Part shown: positions 1 to 7,747 of the stretch, in pieces | Numbering within the stretch: position 1 is the first letter of the stretch | Layout of the letters: each line of letters starts with the position of its first letter | Origin: a virus | DNA length: 62,124 nucleotides | IMG/VR virus record: IMGVR_UViG_2710723518_000006 | Span: 1-62,124 of that record | Reading direction: 5' to 3' (one strand) | Translations under genes and position numbers: made by a program | The notes under the pieces: model-generated | Database searches by the model: none | Seen by the model: only the letters and a program-made list of their open reading frames with translations | Told to the model about the DNA's origin: nothing

Positions 1-240
1 GACGCATCGTCCAGCGACGCTCGCCTCAGCGACGCTCGCCTCAGCGACGCTCCGTTCAGCGACGCTCCGTTCAGCGACGCTCCGTTCAGCGACGCTCCGT
101 TCAGCGACGCATCGTCCAGCGACGCTCCGTTCAGCGACGCATCGTCCAGCGACGCTCCGTTCAGCGACGCTCCGTTCAGCGACGCTCCGTCCAGCGACGC
201 ATCGTCCAGCGACGCATCGTCCAGCGACGCATCGTTCAGA
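1..240. repeat. 15-bp tandem repeat array, 16 units of four sequence types; the coding core of the pentapeptide-repeat gene, continued at 61936-62124
   Basis: Units gacgcatcgtccagc, gacgctcgcctcagc, gacgctccgttcagc and gacgctccgtccagc lie head to tail from nt 1. The last unit (226-240) is degenerate. Confidence 0.97.
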
Positions 241-380
241 ATTGCACGCCGGCCCCCTTCCCGTCCCAGTAGCCACGCCCGATGCTCGGTGAGCACATTC
301 GCCAATTCCTCCGGTGTCGGCTTCCAGCCCGGTTCGCCGCGTTGCGGTTTGCGGTCAGCTATCTGTGATTCGCTGCTCAT
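1..380 (-). CDS. Pentapeptide-repeat protein, N-terminal part (ATG 380-378; runs off the window start and resumes at 62124)
   Basis: Translation reads MSSESQIADRKPQRGEPGWKPTPEELANVLTEHRAWLLGREGGRRAILNDASLDDASLDDASLDGASLNGAS..., with A-x-L-x-x periodicity. There is an ATGA overlap with the stop of the upstream ORF. Confidence 0.85.
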   Translation of the reverse strand, partial: MSSESQIADRKPQRGEPGWKPTPEELANVLTEHRAWLLGREGGRRAILNDASLDDASLDDASLDGASLNGASLNGASLDDASLNGASLDDASLNGASLNGASLNGASLNGASLRRASLRRASLDDA

Positions 381-631
381 GATTTCGCGCTCCTAATTTG
401 CCACTTCTTCCTCTGATTTTCCGCCCACCTACTCACGCTGTCGAGCGGCCCGTGCACATTGATCTGCGGCCGCGCGCCGTTCGTCCGTGGTAACCGCTCG
501 ACCAGTGCCCGTCGTAGCAGGCAGTCGCAACGCTCGACGATTTCTAGCAGCCGTAGCTCACGCTCGATTCGCTGGGCGTGGTCGATAACGCGGCGACGTC
601 GGCGGCGTTCGTAGATGGCTTCTGGTATCAT
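377..631 (-). CDS. Small basic protein, paralog of 61534-61800; function unknown
   Basis: ORF-track protein from the ATG at 631 (MIPEAIYERRRRRRVIDHAQRIERELRLLEIVERCDCLL...RPQIN...RKKW). It shares the IxRELxxLEIVERCxCLL and RPQIN...QRxKW blocks with the 61534-61800 ORF. The transcript may be leaderless. Confidence 0.6.
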   Translation of the reverse strand: MIPEAIYERRRRRRVIDHAQRIERELRLLEIVERCDCLLRRALVERLPRTNGARPQINVHGPLDSVSRWAENQRKKWQIRSAKS

Positions 632-639
632 GGTTTCAA

Positions 640-669
640 AGAATATCAAATTTACTATTGCACAGTCAA
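640..669 (-). promoter_or_regulatory. Candidate leftward sigma70-type promoter (TTGACT-N18-TATTCT) ending 8 nt before the ATG at 631
   Basis: The minus strand reads ctactaTTGACTgtgcaatagtaaatttgaTATTCTttgaaaccATG in the AT-rich divergent gap. Confidence 0.4.
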
Positions 670-674
670 TAGTA
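653..674. promoter_or_regulatory. Perfect 8-bp inverted repeat TACTATTG-N6-CAATAGTA; candidate operator shared by the two divergent promoters
   Basis: Read directly. It overlaps both putative -35 elements. Confidence 0.5.
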
Positions 675-686
675 GATTGATATATT
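658..686 (+). promoter_or_regulatory. Candidate rightward sigma70-type promoter (TTGCAC-N17-TATATT)
   Basis: It lies in the AT-rich gap upstream of SD AGGAG (707-711) and the ATG at 722. Confidence 0.4.
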
Positions 687-721
687 TATTTCCGTCGATA
701 CGAAACAGGAGCCAAAAACGA

Positions 722-934
722 ATGGCCGCAACAAAAAAACCAGGACTGAAAGGCCATATGACCGCAACGCAAATCGCAGACCGGTATGGCATTAGCCACC
801 AGCTAGTAGCCCAGTGGCGACGAGCCGGGAAGCTGCCATTCCGTCGCGACGAGGACGGTCGTTATTACTATCCGGTGCCGAGCGTGAAGCAGGTGGTTGG
901 ATGGTTTTTGTGGCGGAAGGGTATCAAAATATGA
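722..934 (+). CDS. Small HTH DNA-binding protein (excisionase/MerR-like HTH_17 type)
   Basis: MAATKKPGLKGHMTATQIADRYGISHQLVAQWRRAGKLPFRRDEDGRYYYPVPSVKQ. SD AGGAG lies upstream, and it is the first gene of the rightward arm. Confidence 0.7.
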   Translation: MAATKKPGLKGHMTATQIADRYGISHQLVAQWRRAGKLPFRRDEDGRYYYPVPSVKQVVGWFLWRKGIKI

Positions 935-1623
935 AGCGAGACATGGGCAGCGACGTGACGAACAGCGGGCCGGTCGACGGCCAGGATGATTGCCTGGAAT
1001 CGCAACTGGAGACGGCATTGCAGGCGGGTGACGCGGCGGACGCGCAACCCACGGCGGAACCGGTCGAATCCGAACCGGCCAAGGAACCGGCGACGCCCGT
1101 GCAGCCCGAGGCGAAGGTGCCGCTCACGGACGGCGAACTCTTGGCGGAGATCGAGGCCGCGGCGAAGGTGGCACGTGAACGGGAGCGGGAATTGCAGGCT
1201 GCGGAATCGGGGCTGAAGGTCGCCAAGGAACATGTCAAGGCGTGCGAGGGGAACCTGCACGCGGCGTTACGCAAGGTGTGCCAACTTTCGCTCCACGAGG
1301 ACATGCCGCTCTTCTCACAGCACGCGAACGGAACCGGCGAGTGCGCGGCTTCCGCCACCCTGGACGGAGAGACGGTGCCTATGCAGTCGGCCAACGACTC
1401 CTGGCGGTCCGTGCGGCTCGACTCGCTGGACGATCCCGATTTTACGCCGAGCCTGCTGAAGAAGCTGGCGGCAGCGGAGATTGAGACGATCGGGCAACTG
1501 GTCGACTATCAGGCGACGGGCAAATGGATCACTTCGATTCACGGCATCGGCCAGGCGGCGGGAGACAAATTGGCCGATGCGATGGAGCGGTTTTGGGCGG
1601 CGCACCCAGAGTACGCTCGCTGA
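931..1623 (+). CDS. Hypothetical protein with acidic/coiled N-terminal region and C-terminal helix-hairpin-helix
   Basis: The ATG at 931 overlaps the upstream stop (ATGA). The C-terminal motif is IETIGQLVDY...ITSIHGIGQAAGDKLADAM. Confidence 0.6.
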   Translation: MKRDMGSDVTNSGPVDGQDDCLESQLETALQAGDAADAQPTAEPVESEPAKEPATPVQPEAKVPLTDGELLAEIEAAAKVARERERELQAAESGLKVAKEHVKACEGNLHAALRKVCQLSLHEDMPLFSQHANGTGECAASATLDGETVPMQSANDSWRSVRLDSLDDPDFTPSLLKKLAAAEIETIGQLVDYQATGKWITSIHGIGQAAGDKLADAMERFWAAHPEYAR

Positions 1624-1640
1624 GGGACAAGGAGGTTGGA

Positions 1641-2999
1641 ATGGATTACGCATCATTTATTGCAGGCAAATGCCAGTCGCGTTCACATGGATTCGACCCG
1701 ATTTGGATTCCCGATTTTCTTTTCGATTTCCAGGTGTCGCTCGTCGAATGGGCTATCGGCAAAGGCCGAGCGGCTATTTTTGCCGAGTGCGGTCTCGGAA
1801 AAACTCCGATGCAGCTCGTCTGGGCTGAGAATGTAATTCGCCACACAAACAAACCTGTACTCCTGGTGACGCCGATCGCGGTCGGATCACAGGCAGAACG
1901 CGAAGCCGTCAAGTTCGGCATCGAGGCAAAACGAACCCGTGATGGCAAGATGGCCGGCGATAAGTGTATATGGATCACGAACTACGAACAATTGCATAAG
2001 TACGATCCGGCGATGTTTGGCGGATGCGTGTGCGACGAATCGTCAGCGATCAAAGACTTTAAGACGGATCGAAAAAAGGTAGTGGTCGAGTTTATGCGGA
2101 CAATACCGTATCGCCTGTTATGCACAGCGACGGCCGCACCGAATGACTACTGGGAACTCGGCACTTCCAGCGAAGCGTTGGGGTATCTCGGCTATCGTGA
2201 TATGCTAACGCACTTTTTCAAAGAGGAAGTAAAAAAGGATTATCTAGGGTGGGGTCGAACGAAATACCGTTTTCGTGGACACGCGGAGCAACCATTCTGG
2301 CAGTGGGTCTGTTCATGGGCACGTTCACTACGCAATCCGTCCGACCTTGGATTCGACGATAGCCGGTTCGCTCTTCCTGATTTGATTGAACATGAAATTG
2401 TCGTCAAACTCGATTCTCCGCGCAATGGCCTGCTGTTCGATATGCCGGCTAGCGACATGCGGGAAGAGCGTGCCGAACGGCGGCGAACGATCAAGGAACG
2501 CTGTGAACGAGCGGCGGCCATCGCCAATGAATGCACGGATGCGTCGGTTGTTTGGTGCGACCTGAACCCAGAAGGGGACTTGCTGGAGTCGCTGCTCGAC
2601 GATTGCGTTCAGGTCAAGGGTAGCATGTCTGACCAGGCGAAAGAAGAGGCGTTGCAGGCGTTCTCTTTTGGCCAGATCAGGCAGATGGTAATCAAACCGA
2701 AAATTGGAGCATGGGGACTAAACTGGCAGCACTGTGCTAATGTCGTTGAGTTCCCCACGCATTCGTTCGAACAACACTATCAGCTAGTTCGCAGATGTCA
2801 TAGGTTCGGCCAGACACGGCCGGTCCATGTATCGTCAGTGATTTGCGACAGCGAACAGGGAATCGTGGCTAACCGACGACGCAAAGCTAATCAGGTCGAC
2901 ACGATGTTTACCAGTATCGTTCGCCATATGGGCGATGAGTTGCATCTTGTTTCGCATGATAATTTCCCCGTAAAAGAGGATTGCCCGGCATGGCTGTGA
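1641..2999 (+). CDS. SNF2/DEAD-like superfamily 2 helicase
   Basis: SD AAGGAGG precedes the ATG at 1641. Motifs seen: AECGLGKTP (motif I), VCDESSAIKD (DExx) and RCHRFGQTRPV (motif VI). Confidence 0.85.
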   Translation: MDYASFIAGKCQSRSHGFDPIWIPDFLFDFQVSLVEWAIGKGRAAIFAECGLGKTPMQLVWAENVIRHTNKPVLLVTPIAVGSQAEREAVKFGIEAKRTRDGKMAGDKCIWITNYEQLHKYDPAMFGGCVCDESSAIKDFKTDRKKVVVEFMRTIPYRLLCTATAAPNDYWELGTSSEALGYLGYRDMLTHFFKEEVKKDYLGWGRTKYRFRGHAEQPFWQWVCSWARSLRNPSDLGFDDSRFALPDLIEHEIVVKLDSPRNGLLFDMPASDMREERAERRRTIKERCERAAAIANECTDASVVWCDLNPEGDLLESLLDDCVQVKGSMSDQAKEEALQAFSFGQIRQMVIKPKIGAWGLNWQHCANVVEFPTHSFEQHYQLVRRCHRFGQTRPVHVSSVICDSEQGIVANRRRKANQVDTMFTSIVRHMGDELHLVSHDNFPVKEDCPAWL

Positions 3000-3967
3000 T
3001 CGACCAGGAAGTCACGGACAGATATGCGATTTACAACGGTGATTCTGCGGAAGTGCTGCAATCTATTCCGGATGAATCCGTAGGGTTGAGTATCTACTCC
3101 CCTCCGTTCGCGACGGAGAATGGAGGGGCACTGTACAATTACAGTTCGTCGCTCCGTGACTTGTCGAACTCGCGAACGTACAAGGAGTTTTTCGATCATT
3201 ACCGCTTTATTGTCGAGCACATTGCCCGCGTCACGAAACCCGGTCGCATCTCGGCAGTGCATTGCATGGACGTTCCGAAACAGGGAGCGAACATCTGCGG
3301 ATACTCCGACTTTCCCGGCCACATTATCGCTCTTCATGAATCGCTAGGCTTCGACTACTTACCGCGTATCTGCATATGGAAAGAACCGCTTGCCGTTCGA
3401 AATCGGACGATGGCAAAAGCTCTTGCCCATCGCCAGATCGTAGAGGATTCTACGAAGACGAACGTCGCGGCCGCCGACTACCTTATTCCGTTTCGCAAGC
3501 GAGGGGACAATCCGGAGCCGGTAGTGCATCCGACCGGACTATCTGAGTATGCCGGAGAGCGTACCGTTCCGGCCGAACTCCATCGCTATCGCAACTGGAA
3601 AGGAAACCAGATAGAGAACCGGTATTCACATTGGATTTGGCGGAACTATGCTTCGTGCTTTTGGGACGATATTCGTTTGGGTCGCGTGCTCCCCTACGAA
3701 GAGAGTAAGGACGAAGGTGACGAGCGGCATATGCACCCGTTGCAGTTGGATGTAGTGGAACGAGCAGTCATATTATGGAGCAATCCCGGCGACGTGGTAT
3801 TGACCCCATTTATGGGTGTTGGCAGCGAAGTGTACGGGGCGGTGACGGCCAGAAGAAAAGGCATCGGTATCGAACTAAAGCCATCGTTCTATCGTCAGGC
3901 AGTAAAGAATCTTCACAAAGCCGTTGAAGAGTCGTCGACCCACAAGGAGCAATTATTGTTTTCATAA
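2990..3967 (+). CDS. DNA methyltransferase, N4-cytosine/N6-adenine family (beta-class order: SPPF then FxGxG)
   Basis: SIYSPPF catalytic motif, followed late by HPLQLDVVERAVILWSNPGDVVLTPFMGVGSE. It overlaps the helicase stop by 10 nt. Confidence 0.85.
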   Translation: MAVIDQEVTDRYAIYNGDSAEVLQSIPDESVGLSIYSPPFATENGGALYNYSSSLRDLSNSRTYKEFFDHYRFIVEHIARVTKPGRISAVHCMDVPKQGANICGYSDFPGHIIALHESLGFDYLPRICIWKEPLAVRNRTMAKALAHRQIVEDSTKTNVAAADYLIPFRKRGDNPEPVVHPTGLSEYAGERTVPAELHRYRNWKGNQIENRYSHWIWRNYASCFWDDIRLGRVLPYEESKDEGDERHMHPLQLDVVERAVILWSNPGDVVLTPFMGVGSEVYGAVTARRKGIGIELKPSFYRQAVKNLHKAVEESSTHKEQLLFS

Positions 3968-3992
3968 TCCACCAACAGGAAAGGAATCCACC

Positions 3993-4172
3993 ATGTTAGT
4001 TCTCTCACGCCACACCAACGAAAAGATCATCATAGGCGACGACGTCGTTATTACGGTCGTCGAGATTCGCGGCGAAAAAGTGAAGATCGGGATTGAGGCT
4101 CCGAGGTCGACCAGCGTACATCGTGAAGAGGTCTGGCTGTCGATCCAGGGGCATCGGGAGGCGGCGGAATGA
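3993..4172 (+). CDS. csrA: Carbon storage regulator CsrA/RsmA-family RNA-binding protein
   Basis: MLVLSRHTNEKIIIGDDVVITVVEIRGEKVKIGIEAPRSTSVHREEV is collinear with the CsrA pattern MLxLxRxxxExxxIGDxxxxxVxxxxGxxVxIGIxAPxxxxxxREE. Confidence 0.85.
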   Translation: MLVLSRHTNEKIIIGDDVVITVVEIRGEKVKIGIEAPRSTSVHREEVWLSIQGHREAAE

Positions 4173-4687
4173 CGTTCGACGAACTCCTCTCCGTGGTCCC
4201 TGGATTGCGGAAAGCCAGACGACTTAATGCCGCACTACTCCGAATCCTGCTCGATCGCCGACGACGCGAATGTACATGGTGTGGCATGACGGTGCCACGT
4301 GGCCGTATCGCGTGGTGTTCAGATAAATGCGTCGCTGATTTTCGTGAACGATGCGACCCGGCGGCATCTGTTAAGGCGGTATTTCGTCGCGATAATGGCC
4401 GGTGCCGACGTTGTGGCCGTGACGTAGAAAAATCAAAACGAGTGTATGTAGCCTACCTGCGTGACTGGCCGGGCAACTGGCGATATCCAGAACAGCATAA
4501 TAAGGTAAAGGTGATGCTAGGGTTTGGTCGCGGGGGATGGTGGGAGATTGACCACACGATACCGGTATGCGAGGGTGGCGGACTGTGCACGATCGATAAT
4601 CTGCGACTGATGTGTGGGGCGTGCCATGATGATGAGACTCGGAATCTATCGCGACGACAACGGCGACAGCGGGAGTTGAGCAAATGA
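4169..4687 (+). CDS. HNH endonuclease
   Basis: ATGA overlap with csrA. Motif WEIDHTIPVCEGGGLCTIDNLRLMCGACHDDETRN plus upstream CxxC pairs. Confidence 0.8.
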   Translation: MTFDELLSVVPGLRKARRLNAALLRILLDRRRRECTWCGMTVPRGRIAWCSDKCVADFRERCDPAASVKAVFRRDNGRCRRCGRDVEKSKRVYVAYLRDWPGNWRYPEQHNKVKVMLGFGRGGWWEIDHTIPVCEGGGLCTIDNLRLMCGACHDDETRNLSRRQRRQRELSK

Positions 4688-4893
4688 AACTCGAATCGAA
4701 ATGGGGCGAGTCTGGCCCGTTGCGGCCGAACGAAGTCGAATCGGTGGAGGTCGACCTGACGATAGAGTACGGCTGCACCGGCTCCTGTGAGATGAGCTTT
4801 ATCTACGTTTACGGCTGCGATGTATTCGGCGCAGTAATTCTCGGTCGCACGATCGACTTTTGGTGGCCGCCCGAACTCGGCGGGGAGTGGTGA
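4684..4893 (+). CDS. Hypothetical protein
   Basis: ATGA start/stop coupling at both ends. Confidence 0.45.
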   Translation: MKLESKWGESGPLRPNEVESVEVDLTIEYGCTGSCEMSFIYVYGCDVFGAVILGRTIDFWWPPELGGEW

Positions 4894-5054
4894 TGAAGAA
4901 ACGACGTTATTGGCCCGTGTCAGTGAAGTGGCGCTGGCACGAACGAAATTACACACGCCTCTACGGAATCCGGACGCACGCGTGCCTTACCCGTGACGGC
5001 ACGGTCGGCGGATGGGTGCTGCACTTGTGGGCCGTGAAAGTGGTGTTTGGATGA
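4893..5054 (+). CDS. Hypothetical small basic protein
   Basis: The ATG at 4893 overlaps the upstream TGA. The protein starts MKKRRYWPVSVKW. Confidence 0.4.
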   Translation: MKKRRYWPVSVKWRWHERNYTRLYGIRTHACLTRDGTVGGWVLHLWAVKVVFG

Positions 5055-5245
5055 ACGGCATGGCTCGCAAAAAGGCACGAAAGGCACATGAGGCAAAGTA
5101 TTCCGATGGTGTGCCGCGTGACCCAAGAGATTGGACGGTAGAGGATTGGAATGATCTGTATAAGGCGATGGAATGGTTGAAGCGTCGAGTCGCCAAACGG
5201 CATGCTGAGAAATGCAAAGAATCGGAACTCGGTGGGGAGGGGTGA
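5051..5245 (+). CDS. Hypothetical protein
   Basis: ATGA overlap at 5051-5054. The protein starts MNGMARKKARKAHEAKYSDG. Confidence 0.45.
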   Translation: MNGMARKKARKAHEAKYSDGVPRDPRDWTVEDWNDLYKAMEWLKRRVAKRHAEKCKESELGGEG

Positions 5246-5249
5246 GGGG

Positions 5250-5597
5250 ATGAATGGAGCGGACACGGACAACATTCTTTTGAGACTCGAAGCGATCGAA
5301 CGCACGAACGGCGTCATTCTGGCCGACATGAAGCGGCTCGCTGACGCGGACGTGGTACGACGGATCGACGACATGAAATGCGCCATCTGCATCTTGTCTA
5401 CCAACGTCGACAACCTCACGACGCTGGCCGAGCGGGCAGGGCATTCGCCACAGATGAGCGTGCGATTGCAGGTCGCGGCGCAGATAGCATCCGGAATCAA
5501 TGTAGCTCATTGGCACATTGAAACTGTCGCTGACATGGCACTAGCTACCGCCGACGCTCTGATCGCGGCGAGCAAGGAGGATCGCGACAATGGCTGA
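5250..5597 (+). CDS. Hypothetical protein
   Basis: ATG at 5250, 4 nt after the upstream stop; helical-looking sequence. Confidence 0.5.
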   Translation: MNGADTDNILLRLEAIERTNGVILADMKRLADADVVRRIDDMKCAICILSTNVDNLTTLAERAGHSPQMSVRLQVAAQIASGINVAHWHIETVADMALATADALIAASKEDRDNG

Positions 5598-5829
5598 CGA
5601 ACTGTCGCAGAAAACATGCCGGTTCTGTGGTGCGACCATCCTGGTCGCACCGTACTGGCCGCATGACCGGATATCCGAGTCGACAGGTTGGCATGTGACG
5701 ATGTGGGACGAAAGGAAACAGTACGACCGTCACTACGCTTGGACGTGCGGTCCGTGCATGAACGAGAAATACGCAAATGGTGCGAGGATCAGTGGTGACG
5801 ACGGTTACATGGAACTTCATTTGCCCTAG
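5590..5829 (+). CDS. Hypothetical Cys-containing (zinc-ribbon-like) protein
   Basis: It overlaps the upstream stop. CRFCG ... CGPC pairs are present. Confidence 0.5.
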   Translation: MADELSQKTCRFCGATILVAPYWPHDRISESTGWHVTMWDERKQYDRHYAWTCGPCMNEKYANGARISGDDGYMELHLP

Positions 5830-6051
5830 GCGGCGGGCAGGGCCTGCTAATCCTCCCACAAGGCCGACGCAGGTTCCCGCCCGACCGCTGTTATCGAGGC
5901 GGCGAGCATTGCCATGCCGGTGTTGGACGTATCGCAGGATGCCAGGACGCTGGCTACCCCTTGCGGGGCGATACGGATGCAGCGTGCGGAGAGCTACGCA
6001 TGTGATGGGTTCGACTCCTGTCGTCGCCAGTTACCGAAAGGAGGTGATACT

Positions 6052-6139
6052 GTGAGATTTCTTTCTTTGTTCTCAGGTATCGGTGGATTTCGATCTTGGC
6101 CTTGAGCGTGCCGGCTGGCAATGCGTCGGCCAGTGCGAG
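6052..6139 (+). pseudogene. Frameshifted 5' remnant of a C5 cytosine methyltransferase gene (motif I), truncated by the HNH cassette
   Basis: SD AAGGAGG then GTG at 6052: VRFLSLFSGIGG. After a 1-nt shift at the TTT of 6088-6090 it reads FDLGLERAGWQCVGQCE. It is collinear with residues 5-33 of the intact gene at 6652. Confidence 0.7.
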
Positions 6140-6625
6140 TCAGGCCAAAAACTTGTATTGCTTTCCGTCAAAGATAATTCGGCCTTCTTCCATAAGTTTG
6201 TAGCAGATTTTTTCGAGTTGAAAATGGATGCTTTTGTGTTCAACACGAGTACAAATCAAGAGATTTTCTATTCGGTTATCATCTTTGATTCCATTGATAT
6301 GGTTAACTACCTCGTTAGGCTTCAATCGCCTTTTTGCGTTTCTCTCGGCAACCAAGACATGCTCAGGAACATATTTGTTGTAGCCTCGACCTGGAGCGTA
6401 GACCATGACGTATCCCCATCGGTCAATAAATCGCCCGCCGTTCCAAGATGGATGGTCCTTACCTCTGAGTATCGGCCGGCAAGGCAATGGTCCGCACCCT
6501 GCCTTGCGGCGGTGGTATTGGAGCGTCTGATAGTACGCTCCAACAGATTTGGCGATCGCTCTAAGGCTTTCGCCGTCAGCCAGTCTCTGCTCGATTTCAT
6601 CTACAGTAATCGTAGTTTTTGTCAT
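6140..6625 (-). CDS. HNH homing endonuclease with N-terminal HTH; AT-rich mobile cassette
   Basis: VVNHINGIKDDNRIENLLICTRVEHKSIH. GC content is clearly lower than in the flanks, and the gene runs opposite to the surrounding operon. Confidence 0.85.
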   Translation of the reverse strand: MTKTTITVDEIEQRLADGESLRAIAKSVGAYYQTLQYHRRKAGCGPLPCRPILRGKDHPSWNGGRFIDRWGYVMVYAPGRGYNKYVPEHVLVAERNAKRRLKPNEVVNHINGIKDDNRIENLLICTRVEHKSIHFQLEKICYKLMEEGRIIFDGKQYKFLA

Positions 6626-6651
6626 ACAGGTATTATACAAATAAATCTGCC

Positions 6652-7500
6652 ATGCAACAACTAACTGTACTTAGTCTGTTTAGCGGAATTGGTGGACTCG
6701 ATCTGGGGTTAGAGAGGGCGGGTATGCGGATCGTTGCCCAAGTCGAGATTGACGACTTCTGTCGTCGCGTGCTGGCCAAACACTGGCCGGACGTGCCGCG
6801 GTGGGACGACGTGACGACGTTGGATTGTGACGAGGTGTTGCTGAAGTGCGGGCCGATCGACGCTGTTGTCGGCGGAGTACCGTGCCAGCCGGCGAGCGTG
6901 GCAGGGAGGCGCAAAGGTGGGACTGACAGCCGCTGGCTCTGGCCAGCTGTTTTGCGAGTTGTGCGGGAGATCAACCCCGTGTGGGTGCTGGCAGAGAACG
7001 TGCCTGGACTCGTTAGTCTGCCAGGTGGAGCGTTTGACGGGATTCTCTCCGCCATCGAGACAATGGGTTACGAAGTCCAGACGTACTGTTTTGGTGCTGG
7101 ACATGCCGGCTCGCCCCACCAGCGGAGGCGAATATGGTTGGTTGCCCACACTGACCGTGTGTCAACGGGGGAATCGGAGCAGTTACCACAATGCGAAGTA
7201 TCGTCCGTCGTTGCAGCAGATCGCTCGTCGTGGCTGGCTCCCGATGCTGCAAGCACAAGACGCAACGGGCGGACCGAACAAGATAACAGCGGACAGGAAA
7301 CGCAACACACGCGGATTCTCACTGATGATGAAGGACATAGCTGGGGGCTGTCTATGCCCCCGCTTCTGCGAGGCGTACATGGGGCTCCCCGATTGTTGGA
7401 CCGAACTGCGAGAGTCAAAGCCCTAGGCAACAGCGTAGTGCCAGCCTGTGCCGAGATGATCGGCCGGGCGATATTGGAGGGGGAACGCAATGAGCGATGA
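6652..7500 (+). CDS. dcm: DNA (cytosine-5) methyltransferase
   Basis: Motifs LFSGIGGLDLGLERAG (I), GGVPCQPAS (IV), AENVPGL (VI), QRRRIWLVA (VIII) and KALGNSVVP (X). The first ~70 nt are AT-richer than the rest. Confidence 0.85.
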   Translation: MQQLTVLSLFSGIGGLDLGLERAGMRIVAQVEIDDFCRRVLAKHWPDVPRWDDVTTLDCDEVLLKCGPIDAVVGGVPCQPASVAGRRKGGTDSRWLWPAVLRVVREINPVWVLAENVPGLVSLPGGAFDGILSAIETMGYEVQTYCFGAGHAGSPHQRRRIWLVAHTDRVSTGESEQLPQCEVSSVVAADRSSWLAPDAASTRRNGRTEQDNSGQETQHTRILTDDEGHSWGLSMPPLLRGVHGAPRLLDRTARVKALGNSVVPACAEMIGRAILEGERNER

Positions 7501-7747
7501 CCTGCCGCCGCTGCTGGACGACGACATCGACGAATGGCTACTCATATTAAAGGAGTCATCCTACGGCCAGATAAATCACCATCTGTTGACGCGGGACTGT
7601 GTACGAGTATTCGCCGAACTCCGTTGCCTACGTGTGGAGTTGGCAGCGGCTCTCGAAGTGCTGCAATCAATTGTTGCGTCCGACGGTGTTGTGTCGTTTC
7701 CATTGTTCGAGGAAATCGAAGGGGTACTTAAAAGACATGGCCGTTGA
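7490..7747 (+). CDS. Hypothetical acidic protein
   Basis: The ATG at 7490 overlaps the dcm end. Confidence 0.5.
   Translation: MSDDLPPLLDDDIDEWLLILKESSYGQINHHLLTRDCVRVFAELRCLRVELAAALEVLQSIVASDGVVSFPLFEEIEGVLKRHGR

Noticed and set aside
5967-6029. tRNA-like 3' end: T-arm ATGGG-TTCGACT-CCTGT followed by a 7-nt acceptor strand, with a partly complementary 5' strand at 5967-5973
   Set aside because: The candidate is only ~63 nt, has no credible D-arm, and its anticodon loop would be 8 nt. The alternative 5' partner at 5898 gives 132 nt. It is not a functional tRNA. It could be an att-site-like relic, but no integrase is present to support that.
6652-7500. dcm as a double-frameshift pseudogene, because motif IX-like text sits in the +1 frame
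   Set aside because: The annotated frame is open end to end, contains motifs I, IV, VI, VIII and X, and has a C-terminal R-x-x-x-G-x-P-R-L-x-D-R...KALGN pattern that I recall from short phage Dcm proteins. It is kept as an intact CDS, and the oddity is reported as a low-interest finding.
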